In this document: positions 52,700 through 64,000 of the stretch, in pieces
How the letters are laid out: each line of letters starts with the position of its first letter
Position numbering within the stretch: the first letter of the stretch is position 1
Source of the DNA: Nageia nagi
Lineage: Eukaryota > Plantae > Pinophyta
NCBI GenBank assembly: GCA_050084985.1
Contig: JBITNC010000002.1
Coordinates: forward strand, 27,156,001 to 27,220,000
Direction of reading: 5' to 3'
DNA: 64,000 nucleotides
The notes under the pieces: model-generated
Databases searched by the model: none
The model's input: the letters and a program-made list of their open reading frames with translations, nothing else
What the model was told of the DNA's origin: nothing
Position numbers and translations under genes: made by a program

Positions 52700-55600
52700 C
52701 AAAGCACATGGCCTCTATGTGGTTAACAACACATAACCAGTTGAGATCTAACCATACATAACAATCTCATGCCCGGCATGGACTTGGATGAAATTCACTT
52801 ACATGTAAAAGGTTCCCAATCTATCCCTTAATCAAGAATATTGAATTGAAAAAGAAAATGAATCCACAAGAATGACAAATTTTTGACATGAAGTCTATTG
52901 GGAAAGAAAACTCCCCTCATAGAATGGATGAAAGACAGAAGTTATTAATGTCCAGACTGACCAAAGTAGGTCAATGGGACTGTAAAGATGGAGCATCTAC
53001 ATAACATTTTATAGAACCAATGGGGCATTAATGATAGAAAACGTCAAATTTGTGAATCTATAGCCAGCATTGAAGTGAAAGCATAAGAATTATGTGAGGA
53101 TAGGAATGAGTGCAAGAACATTACAATATGGCGCCCTATTAAGTGTATCAATGCTGATCAATAATAAAGTGCTGAAAAATGGGAGACAACTAATCCGAGT
53201 TAACCCTTGAACCATCCAAAATTGTTAAGTCTATGAAAGAAGTATGATGATACATGTCTACTTGGATCGCCTGAATTATGGGTGAGGGAAGGGAACCTCC
53301 CCAATTCTGACTTGTCACTTGTCTATCGAAAAAAGAGGTTGTGGGGGGTCAGGACAATGTCACACTGATCTGCTATAAATCATCTGATTATTAATAGCAT
53401 CAAGAGGATGCTTGGGAACCTCGACACAAGGAACAGAGAAGGAGGTGATCAGCCAAGCAGTATGTGAGCACTTATGCAAAATTTGATGCGTCTGAGAGAG
53501 TGTTTTTTGAATAGAAAAAACCTAACACTTTTGGTAGGGATAGCAAAAAGGAATGGTGAGGGATCATCCTAAGTCTCCAAGCAAACAATAAAATCTCCCA
53601 CAAATCTCACAATAGATGAGGCACTTGAAGATGCAATGTTCCTTGGTCTTCACCAACAAAAGGGAGCAGAGGCGATGAATTCTATCATTCATGGGAAGAT
53701 GCTGATCTGCTTCCACTTGTAACTGGTGTAAGCAAACACAAAGTTGGCCAATGAGAATCATGATGCCATGGGATGGATGATGTTGAGTACAGTCAAACCA
53801 AATGATGATACCATCTATAATATGCACTAACTATTGGGCATAAAAAGCCAATTGAGGGCTGAAAGGCTGCGATGGTTAGATATGAGTGATCTAGATGAAT
53901 TCTTGGGAGATACCTTTGTTGGCAGCTTACATCTTCCTGTGAGGTAAGAGATGGGGGTTTGCATTGAGTGAGTAATTTAAACAAGGGATTCATTGTACAC
54001 AAATTTCAGAGTAAAGGAACCAAAAATTAATGAATTTAATTAATGTCCATGGAAAGAAATTTTATCAATGTCCATGGTTGACCAAAATAGATTTGATGGG
54101 AATTAAAATGAAGATGCCCACGTGCAAAAACTTTAGAAGACCAAAACAAGCTATAAACCCAAACAAACCCAAAAATGAACAAAATTGAATTTGAGTTTTA
54201 AGATATATATGACTAAAAAGCAACAATAATGGAAAAGTAGTATCTAATCAGTTTTTATCACCATCAATAACCTTATAAAGCTTCTAAAAGATGTCATTAT
54301 GCTTGCGGAAAAATGGAAAAGGCTGACTGAACCTTCTTGGGCAATCCATACACATTGTGTGACATTTTGATGATCCCAAACCGGCCGATCATGCTCAAAC
54401 GTGCCCTAGGAGAGGGACGTTTGCCTTCTTGCTCTGAAACTAATCAAACAAGCTCAAAATAACACAAAATATCCAACATCTAGCTATATTGGCAATTAAG
54501 TAACTTCAAATACGCAAAAATGTCTCCAATAAGACAATGTTTATGAAAATATCACTTCAAACCAAATGTCCAAGCACAAGGAGATAGATAGCAAATTGAG
54601 ACAGCAAAATGTAATTATATTGATATATCGATGGTGGAAGCATAATTACAATATATTTTTGTCTACCTAAGGAGCTTGTACCAAGGCCTCATTAATTGCA
54701 GCAGTAGCAAGGTGCAGTCCAGGATTTCTTTAGCAGCTTTTATGATGGAACCAACAACGTTGCTCTCAAGATGGCTAGAGTAAGCTTGAGGTTAGCCTCC
54801 TATCACCTCAAATGCAGGTTGCCCTACAAGTGGCGAAGATAGAGTTCTCACACTCAATTCGAAAAAGGGGTTTAATAACAATAATTAGCATATCTCGTAA
54901 TGACCAAGAGTCCTTTTATAGGCAATGTAGTCTCTCTTCTAATCTTGCATTGAGTTGATCCAATGATGGAGAGATATGATCTGTGTGCTTATGTTTACAA
55001 CTTCCAAGATGGAGAGCCTTGGGATAAGTGAGATCACATCCAACAGTCCAGGAATGCAACGTTCAAGAGGTGATGATGTCGGTGTGCCTTGGGATCAGTG
55101 CCATGTGCCCAAATAATGAAGAAGGGTGATGTGGGTGTCTTGGGATGCCTAACTTTACATCTTGATGGTCCAATCTTCCTCCTCAAGCCCAACGTCCAAG
55201 TGTGGAGTCTTCCAATGCCTCGTAGTAGGTAAAAATACCTTGGTATTATACTCTACCTCGAAAGGGGAGCAATATTATTAATGAGGCCCATTAATGCCAA
55301 TATTACATTCATCAAGGCTTGATATATGCAACATCCCATAAATGGTGATTAATTTTGCATTTACAATTAATAATTGCCTTGGTATCAATTATACATCATT
55401 ATTGGCATAATTAATTATCAAAATTACTCCTATCATGCTAAAGTAGACCCAATGTCCCATAATTGGAACAATTAACTATTCTCTAAGTAAAACTTCCAAT
55501 GAAGAGCTTCTTACAATGAAATGCTCCTAGAGTCCTAACTAATATAAAACACTCCTAAATTAATTAAGTAATCATTACACATCCTTAGAGGAAGGACGTG

Positions 55601-56700
55601 ACCTTTCAAAGAGTAAATTGGAAAGAGAATTCTGGATTCCCGTGCATGCGCGCGATATTAGAAAACTGGTTGGATAGGCGAACTTCAAGATGCCATAACT
55701 CCCTCGTTTCTCGACCAAAATAGGTCATGTAACCTGTCAAAATCATTGACACGAGGTCCTCTTTCCATTCCAGGTGTTGAAACGTTCATTTCTGGCTTGT
55801 AGAAGATAGAATCTCCTTAAAACCAAAAATGAGTAAAACCTTATAAATTGGAGACATTACAGACACTTTGAAATTCTTCTTCCATCCAAAACCAAATATC
55901 CTTCAAAAAAGGATAAAATATGGTAATTTGTATCTATGCAGAATGGTTGACTTGTAAATGAGTGGAATAAGTTTGCATGTTGTAACTAGGAGCTTGTGAC
56001 CTCTCTCACCATGCACAACCTAGAGGGGACACAAGTGCTCTAGTTGCATGTGAGGGAGATGCTCACTTGTCACTCCTCATCAATCTGGGTCCTAATAGCC
56101 TCCAAGGGTCACTTAGCACCCCGATAAGGAAGATAGGAGGGAAGAACAAAGTGATTAATTCGGAAGTTTATAAGATATCTTGCATAGTGTGGTGTATTTG
56201 AGCAATTGCTTCCCTAAGATGTAGAGCCAAGAAACCTTTCATTGGGATAGTAGGAGGTAGCAAGTAATCCTCTCAAGTCCCTAAACAAACAGTAGTACAT
56301 GCCTTGAATCTCATAACCGTTGGCATACCCGAAGATAAAATATTGTGCGGACTCCATTTCCTAAATAGAATAGAGGCAACATAGACTATCCTCGGTGCTC
56401 ACCAGGATTGTGGTGATCTTCCTCAACGTGCAACTGGTGGTACTGAAATCAGAGTTGGGCAATAGGGATCTTATGGCCATGAGTCTAGTGTCACTAATTT
56501 TAGTTAGGAAAATTGATGATTCCATCCTCAATTGCCACATATTGTTGGGCATAAAAGGTCACCTTGGGGCTAAGGAATTGTGGTGGAGAGATCCATGTGT
56601 TGAATATTTTGTAGACATGTCATCTTTAACTGCTTTGTTAACCAACGGAATGATGAAAATGTTTGGCCTCAAAAAAACTAACTTCAATATTGCCCACCAT
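52700..56700 (-). mobile_element. Highly degraded L1-type LINE interrupted by solo LTR 54366-55861; ends approximate
   Basis: Endonuclease-like ..FYCLLGDLG (53564-53827); weak RT-like and ORF1-like remnants at ~53130-53220 and ~56400-56620. Confidence 0.4.
54366..55861 (-). mobile_element. Solo LTR, family A (1496 bp)
   Basis: TTTGATGATCCC (decayed TGTGATGATCCC)...GAGACATTACA; TSD gacat/gacac; close inverted match to 3625-5053. Confidence 0.85.
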
Positions 56701-57295
56701 CGCTCTAAGGATGACTTTTATTTCTTTTAGAACAAATTATGAGAAAGTTAGTGTGCTATTTGTTCACTTTGGATTTGGGATGCTTATACCATGATTCCCT
56801 GGTTACATAAATTGCTGTAATGACTGTTCCATTTGTTCCTTAAAACATGATCTTTTATTTTACCTTTATTCTTCTTAAATTACCTGATCAAGGAAAGTCA
56901 ACAATTTCAATTGCGAAATTTCTCGATGTCTCAACTAAAACCTTCAGTGTCTTTGGGTTTCATGATCCAAGAACTATTAACATGGCGATGCTCGATGATG
57001 AATTTACTTTAGTGATTTTAGATCATGGACTCATTGAGTTGGGTTGAAGGTCTAAAACAAAGCTAAAGTTTTAAGGTGAATTTTTGGTTCCTTTCTTGTC
57101 AGCATTCCTAATTGGCTGTGAAGTCCTCCTGTGGCAACAGTAAACTTTTTCATTTTACATATATGTTTAGTCAAATCGGAAGGAAGAATCAAAGCATATA
57201 TATTTTTAAAGATGAATCATGTACAAAATCCAATTTTTAGTTCCAGGAGCTTTTGTAGTTGATATGCATGATTTTTATTATTTTGTGCTTTGCAG

Positions 57296-57490
57296 GTTTG
57301 CAATTTTGTTATAGGATTATTCTTTCTGGAGGCAGTGGATAAACTTGGGCTGCCTACAGTCTATACAAGCTTTGCTACGGTCTCCTTGTTGGCAGTAGCA
57401 TTTACTTATTATTTCATAATTGAAACAAAAGGGCTTACTCTTGAGGAGGTAGATTTACTTCTGAATCCTGGCTTGGAACGGAGGGATTGA
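57296..57490 (+). CDS. Sugar transporter terminal coding exon (VCNFVIGLFFL...ETKGLTLEEVDLLLNPGLERRD*)
   Basis: ttgcag| acceptor; ETKG.TLEE motif; TGA ends at 57490; matches ORF track 57290..57490. Confidence 0.95.
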   Translation, partial: VCNFVIGLFFLEAVDKLGLPTVYTSFATVSLLAVAFTYYFIIETKGLTLEEVDLLLNPGLERRD

Positions 57491-58579
57491 AGAAACTAAA
57501 AGGTAAAGCTGTTTACATTTTTCGTATAGATCAAATAAACCTACATGATTAGGAAGAATCCGATTGTTGTCAACAGGAGCAGAGTAGTGCCATTTACCAG
57601 TTGTTTTTGCAATCTGTTTATGTAAAGGTAATTTTTTGTTTTTCTAGTTTTGGTGTGCAGAGTAGGAAACAATCGCAGTACGAAATCAATGATATGCCTC
57701 TTTAAAGAGTGTCTCTTAATGCCGATTGTAGCATAAAGATAAAATTTTGTAGTTAGCCTAAATACTATAAATGGTATGTGAATTGAAGAGTTCTATGGCA
57801 TTTTCTAGATACCAACGAAGATGTAATGAAGGGTTGTAGATTCAATATATATACAAAAAACCAAATTGCTGAGATTCTTGATTTGGGGAGCATATAGGTA
57901 CAAAAATAAAGGTCAATGTATTAAAATATGTATATTTATTTGTCTACAAAATGAAAATAATTAATAGAAAAATTTTGGTAAAAGATTTAGCAATTAGAAG
58001 TATGCAAATTTAGAAAGAGTAGATATTGTGAAAACTTATATAGAGAGTAGAAGATTAATGATTTGTTGGCAAACAACTTGTAATCTTGGAGGATGAATTT
58101 TAATTGCAATAAAATGATAGATCTTGCTGATTTTTGAATAATTTTGTAGATGATTACATAATGATTATTCTGAAATGATAATTTTGAATGTGATCTGATT
58201 TTGAATGATGTTAGAATAGATGCATAGACATCTTGGAATGACTTGGTTCAATCACGGGGGTTGTTGTAGAAAATGATAGTGCTTTATTTCTTGCTTTGAC
58301 ATTTTGCATAAATCAAGTAAATCAATTAAATAAAATTATTTTTATATATTGGATACTCTTCTATACCATAGTTCGATAAATTTGATAATACTCTTATATA
58401 GGCTTTCTCGAGGGGAATTCGGTAGCGACATGCCCTTCTTTAGTGGAGAGTTGACACCAAATCTCTTTCTTTGTTGGTTATGCTTCAGGAATTTTTTGAT
58501 ATGTCATATCGGTTCTTTGGTGAGCATTTTTTTCAATCTATTCAATAATATCAATATTTATCCCTTCTAATCGTTAGGG

Positions 58580-59100
58580 TTGGGACTAAATATCCATTGC
58601 ATCTTGAAGTGCATCGATATGCGAATGGTAGATCTTATCCATAGCCCTTTTGTGTTACGTCTAAGACTATATATGAAGCACTCAATTTTCTATTTGTTTG
58701 TCATAGGTTCTTGTAACTTCTTATATGTTGTTTTTAATATCTTATCAAATCCATAAACTATTTATTTAGGTATTTGGATCGTGTCTCTTATTTTACTAAC
58801 ACTTACCATGTCAACTTCATGAAAATGATATTCTACCTTGAAGGCAATCATGATTTTGTGCAATGTTTTGCTGGGTTGATTTGGTGAAACCTTATTAAAT
58901 TTCATAAACCATTGTAAAACCTCATCTCTTAATGTGGTAGTGAAATTAAAAACTTTAATGTCATCATTACTAACTAACCCATGTTGTCAATCATTGTCTA
59001 CGATAAAGAGATGTTACTTAGCATCGTGAGTATCCTTTTTGAAAAATTGGTAGCTTGAAAGTTGATGATGAAGCCATCTTTTGTATGTATTTCTTATGTT
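58580..59100 (-). pseudogene. Decayed Gypsy gag fragment, probably part of a larger remnant (~57900-60500)
   Basis: FTTTLRDEVLQWFMKF...AFKVEYHF...IVYGFDKILK...DALQDAMDI resembles a retrotransposon gag capsid. Confidence 0.55.
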
Positions 59101-61709
59101 AATATTTTTTTCCTAGGATTCAATAGTTGTGGGGGACCTCTTCTTTCATAAAGATTCCTTATTCTAGTTTGATCTCTAGTCAGAATTATATCAAAGAATT
59201 GATCTCCAAGTACCTCGAATACCTCTTGATACTCTTGATCATCACATTCTTCCTTTGGAGAATGTAGCAATGTAATAGTAGCTTTTCGTTTCTTGAAATC
59301 TTTTGGAGTATTAGTAATTAACAAGAATTTTATTTTGTGAAATGATAAGGAGAACGGGGAGAATCCATAGATAGATGAGGTTTCAAGGTGATTTCTTTAC
59401 ATTCAACAACATCATGTTGGAAAGGGCATCCATATATTTATCTATAAATCTCAATGGTAAGGCTATATTTCCTCACTTTTCTTATTTTTATGATTCATAA
59501 TGGGAATCTCCACTGTCATGAGAAGTAGAATCATAAGTTTTCTCTACAATTATTTTTGTAAAAGCTTTTGCTTTCTTATAATTGTAATACATTAGATTGA
59601 GGTTATGTGTGATACAACATAAATCATTTATGAAAACTCACAAGATATGACTTTATGTAGGGGTATTCATTTCTAGTTCGTTGGAATGCATACACTTTTC
59701 TTACCTCCTTATATTTAAGATAATTCTTGTGTTTTTGGTGATTCTTATAATTCTAGAAATTTTTGAGTTTTTGATAATTTCTTAGGTTTCTATGTTTTTA
59801 ATGTTTATTCAAAGTTAGCTTCAAGGAGTTTATCTTCAAAATTGATTTGTACTTCTTTTTCTTGGACTTTTAGCGGCTCGTTTATATTATTGAGAGGGAT
59901 GAGTTGGTTTTCTTAAAGTTTTGATGATTCAATAGGATTTTCTATATTCTCCTTATGAATTTCACTCCCACTAATCTTGATTATTGATTTTAAGGCCTTC
60001 ATCATTATTAACAATCATTTCTAGTGGTCATAAATCATCAGGCAATACCACTTAAGTAGTTTAATTGATTTTGATGTAGAGCCATTTGTCGATCCTTATG
60101 GCTTTTTAGTTGTTTTACCTACAGGCTCTATTATAATTCTCAATTCAAGTAATATATTTAGATCTTAAAAATCAATCAATTCTTGCTCAAATCTATATCA
60201 ATCGATTTTTTTTTTTTCCTTCCATAGTAAGTTTTCATACTTTCTCTTATCTTCCATTTCTTGGTGTTTTCTCTTGATTTCCTCTACTCTCTTCTTTGTA
60301 TAACTCCTTTTCCACATTATGTTTTTCTCTTTTCTTTGATGTAGAAATTAGATGTAAGAAATCAATTCTTCCACTACTTACTAGTTTGTTCCTTCTTTGA
60401 TTGTTGAGATATAATTTTTTTCTTCTATGGTTGATACTAATATATAAAATCAATTATAAACTCTTTGAATATAAATTATACTAGAGATGAATGTTGTTGT
60501 ACTTAAATCGTTTTTCATTGAATTGCAAACTTTCATTTTGTAGACATTGAAAACTTGCACGTTTCTCTTAATTATGATTAATAAATCATTAATTATAATT
60601 AATACCTATTAAACATTACTTTTAATTAATTAACACATTAATTAACAAAAAACATAATCATTAAAAGTTACAAACTGAGTAACTAAAATAAAAATCAACA
60701 ATAAAGCTTAAAATAATAAAAATCAAATATTAAACACTCACCAAATAAATTAAATAAGAGCATATTTGATTTGTGTGGTGGAAAATGCATGTGTCACCAT
60801 ATAAGCCAACAAGCTACTTTGACCTTAGTTAAAGTTATGACTTTAACTCAAGTTACTCAACCTAGGGATAATGTTAATAGGAATCATTATTAGAAACATG
60901 TGGGTGAGAATGCTTGAGCTAAAAGTAATTTTTATTAATAAAATAGGATAATATCTCTTATCTTCCCCTTTAGATATGGTCAAAAACCCTAATCTCCTAT
61001 CTAGTTAGTTGACCTAAAACTACAAGATAAATCAATAAAGCAACAAGAAAGGCTCATTTACAAAAAAAGCGGATAAGGGGGAGATGAGAGAAGACAAATG
61101 AATAAATATGCAAAGAGTTCTTCCTAAACATTTGCTAGAAACTCCATTGTAAGTGTTTAAGGTTTCATCTCAAGCTAACATCATGTATATACTCTAGTTT
61201 TTTTTTTTTTTGTGTGTGTGTGTGTTTGTATTGTGTTTGCACATGTTTGGATCTTGGAGGAAAGCCCTTCATATCTTGGGGCCACTTAAGCCCACACCAA
61301 CACTTTGAGTAACAAAGAGAATCATTTACATCATTATGTGATATTGGAAATATCTATTTGGAGGAAATGTATACATAATTGTATTATTCAAAATATGTGT
61401 TTGAATAAACATGTTTAAACTTTTTAATGATGTGATTTTCTATGTCGACACATTATTATAACTTTTTTGTACAGCTCCATTTGTTGCAATTAGTATACTA
61501 TTAGATATTATTAGAAAGTCTCTTATAAGCTCTTTTCAATAATATATTAGTATTTGCATATTTTTGAGAAGTACAACTTCTTTGATCTCTATAAAAATGT
61601 ATTTTAGTACTTTTTATTACACTTAAATAGTCGATTTCTACGAGTTGTTGCATTGGTAAGTGCAAGAAGATGAGTCCCACTTTGGAGGAAGTCTTACTAA
61701 TTGCTAGAT

Positions 61710-62395
61710 TTTTGTATTTGTTTAATAACTTTTATTTTTTTAGAATTGTGAAAAATATATTGTTCACAATCTGCATACAATTCTTCACTAGTTAAAGAAA
61801 AAAGTAAATTAAAAGTAAGAAGTTTAGGTTAAATTATGCTTAGCAGACACGAGCACTTTTCGAAACGATGATCAAAGCCAATAAACAATTAATAAAAAAT
61901 AAAATATTTATGAAAAAATTATCCTTCACAATCTTTAGTGTCTTAGGTATCTTTATCCAAAAGGATTTAAAAAACATATTTTAATTTAGGTCCAATTATG
62001 CTTATCGGACATGATATGGTATGGTCTATAAACAATATTTTAAACAGTGAGTTTTGTATTTGTTTAATAATTTTTTATTTTTTTGGAATTATGAATAAAA
62101 AATATGTGCACAATTTGTATACAATTCTTCACAAGTAAAAAAAATAAATTAATTAAAAATAATAATTTTAGGTCAAATTATTTTTGTCGGACATGAGCAC
62201 TTTTCAAAACAACAATTAGGGCTAATAAAAAAAATATTCTTAACAAAATTACAAAAAACATCCTCCACAATCTTTAGTTTCTTAGGTATGTTTATCCAAA
62301 AGGATTTAAAAATATATTTTAATTTAGGTCCAATTATGCTTACTAGACATGATGGGGTATGGTCCTAAAGCTGCATTTTTTAAATAGTGGTTTTT
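61710..62395. repeat. Tandem duplication, 2 x ~340 bp, AT-rich
   Basis: ttttgtatttgtttaataa at ~61710 and ~62052; cacaatctttagt.tcttaggtat.tttatccaaaaggatttaaaaa at ~61927 and ~62266. Confidence 0.85.
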
Positions 62396-62704
62396 GAACA
62401 TTCCTATAAAATATTAATTTCTATCTTTCAAGTATTAGAATAAATTACATATTTAAAAAACTAGACTTCGAGAACTACATTTTTACCCAAGTGACTTTTT
62501 TCAAGATTCAAACTCTAAACTATGGCATCCTTAGTTGTATGAGGTTCACCTACAAGTTTAATCATAATCCTAGCCTTGGGTTTCTAAAGGATAACCTAAT
62601 GGAACTTGTGAACCACTATTTAGTCTCTTACCTTACTCATCTTAGTCCAAGATTGGAGGCACGTGAAGGAACGTCTAACCACACTTCCATAATGACCCAA
62701 TCCA

Positions 62705-62990
62705 TGGATATGAAATGATTCAAGTGCACCATATGATGGAAATGATCTAAATGTAACAATATATGATATGAAATGATAAGTGCACCATATGATATGAAAT
62801 TATCTATATATGCCAACATATGATATGAAATGATCCAAGTACACAATATGGTCTGAAACAATACAAATGCAATTGTACCATATGATATGAAATGATCTAA
62901 ATACACCATATGATATGAAAATGATGTAATTGCACCATATGATATGAAATTATTCAAGTGCACCAAATAGTATGAAACGATGCAAATGTA
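62705..62990. repeat. Minisatellite, about 10 x 28-31 bp (caccatatgatatgaaatgatc.aa.tg)
   Basis: Directly visible repeated units. Confidence 0.85.
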
Positions 62991-64000
62991 CCTTATTTTC
63001 AACATCCATATTCCACCTTTAAATACGTACATCAAGTTTTATGGGCATTTTGGCAATGATGATCCAAAATCATATTAATATATTAAAATTCCTTATGTAT
63101 GTATCAAATTAAGGTTGGCATCTAAAATTTGGTGTCAAAATTTTGCAAAAAAAAGGATTATCAATAGTACATTTGTTACCACCTGCAAACCTCCAACGAC
63201 CCATTTCTAGCACTTGTAGATTGCCAACGAAGCATTCTCGACAAGGGGGAAAATGGAAGGTGAAGCGTCAGTAGTTACTTGGGAGATGAGGAGTCAAGTG
63301 CAAATCAAGAGGCATCAAATTTTCTTCAACAATACTTCTCAAGGACTTCATTCTTGTTAATAAAGAGAGGAAAAGAAAGCACAAAAACTAGAACTGAGAT
63401 TTGGGAGATGGTAGTATCTTCTTAGGCTCTTTAAAGGAGGATTAAGGAGAAGCCATTGAAGAACTAGTTCAAAAAATTCTTGAACCTCTTAGAGGAGGAT
63501 TTGAGGAGCAATATCATATTCTAGAGTCAAGATTAAACTTAAGAAACCATTGTAAGTGTTGAGTGGAGGTATTGAGGAGGTGTTGCAGACTTCAAGAGAA
63601 GGATTGCAGATTGTTAGAGGTAGTGTTGTCCCTATTGATGTATATTATAATACCTCATTTAGCCATATCCATAAAAATGAGCTCTTAAAAATTGGATGTA
63701 CTCTCACATTGAGGGAAACTAGTATAAGCATTTGTATTCATGTGTGTGTGCAATTTTCTATCATTTGGATGTTAGTTTTAATCTTGTTTCAATAGTTAGA
63801 ACTTGCATTTTAAATTTGAGCACTAAAATCATTATGAAGAGGACCTACAACATTCCATTTATGATCATAACATACCACCAAATATCCATTTACTGTGCAA
63901 TTAGACCACCATCGATTATTTTTTTATAGTAAAAATTTAACAAATTTTAGTATTATGTTTAGTTTAATTTGTATGTAATGATCTCATGAATAGCATGGCT

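Larger units (their letters stand above)
6704..57490 (+). other. Partial (5'-truncated) spliced gene: MFS sugar porter, At1g05030-like probable plastidic glucose transporter; 9 exons in window
   Basis: Nine GT-AG exons (100+113+94+157+147+74+89+115+195 nt) join in one frame. Sugar-porter motifs: GRFLVGLGIG, PIYISEVSPTKYRG, ESPRWL, QQFAGINGVLYFS, DKQGRR, GAGP..G.IIPEL, ETKG.TLEE. Subfamily assigned from recalled similarity to At1g05030, not from a search. Confidence 0.93.

Noticed and set aside
63250-64000. Second host gene at the window end
   Set aside because: Stop-interrupted purine-rich sequence with no recognisable domain or exon chain.

Overview
AT-rich, TE-dense plant nuclear DNA; the repeat families and intron sizes suggest a large-genome gymnosperm (inference). 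The one intact host gene is the 3' two-thirds of an MFS sugar porter resembling Arabidopsis At1g05030 (probable plastidic glucose transporter 1). It has nine GT-AG exons (6704-57490, + strand, 1084 coding nt, frame continuous to TGA), and its 5' exons lie upstream of the window. Two introns of about 20 kb are filled almost entirely by nested TEs. The first holds two RTEX-like LINEs carrying four solo LTRs; the second holds a hAT-in-hAT nest with a rearranged Gypsy element. I delimited ten TG..CA units with 5-bp target-site duplications (solo LTRs) and found no intact LTR retrotransposon. The most unusual object is a 6.2-kb TG..CA unit (16584-22786, TSD CTACA). It carries a decayed ~3.5-kb ORF that is not gag/pol in its predicted U3 region, downstream of seven 58-bp palindromic boxes with their own TATA motifs. 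A related ORF-less 3-kb unit lies 0.6 kb away. All calls come from reading the sequence by eye; no database search was run.
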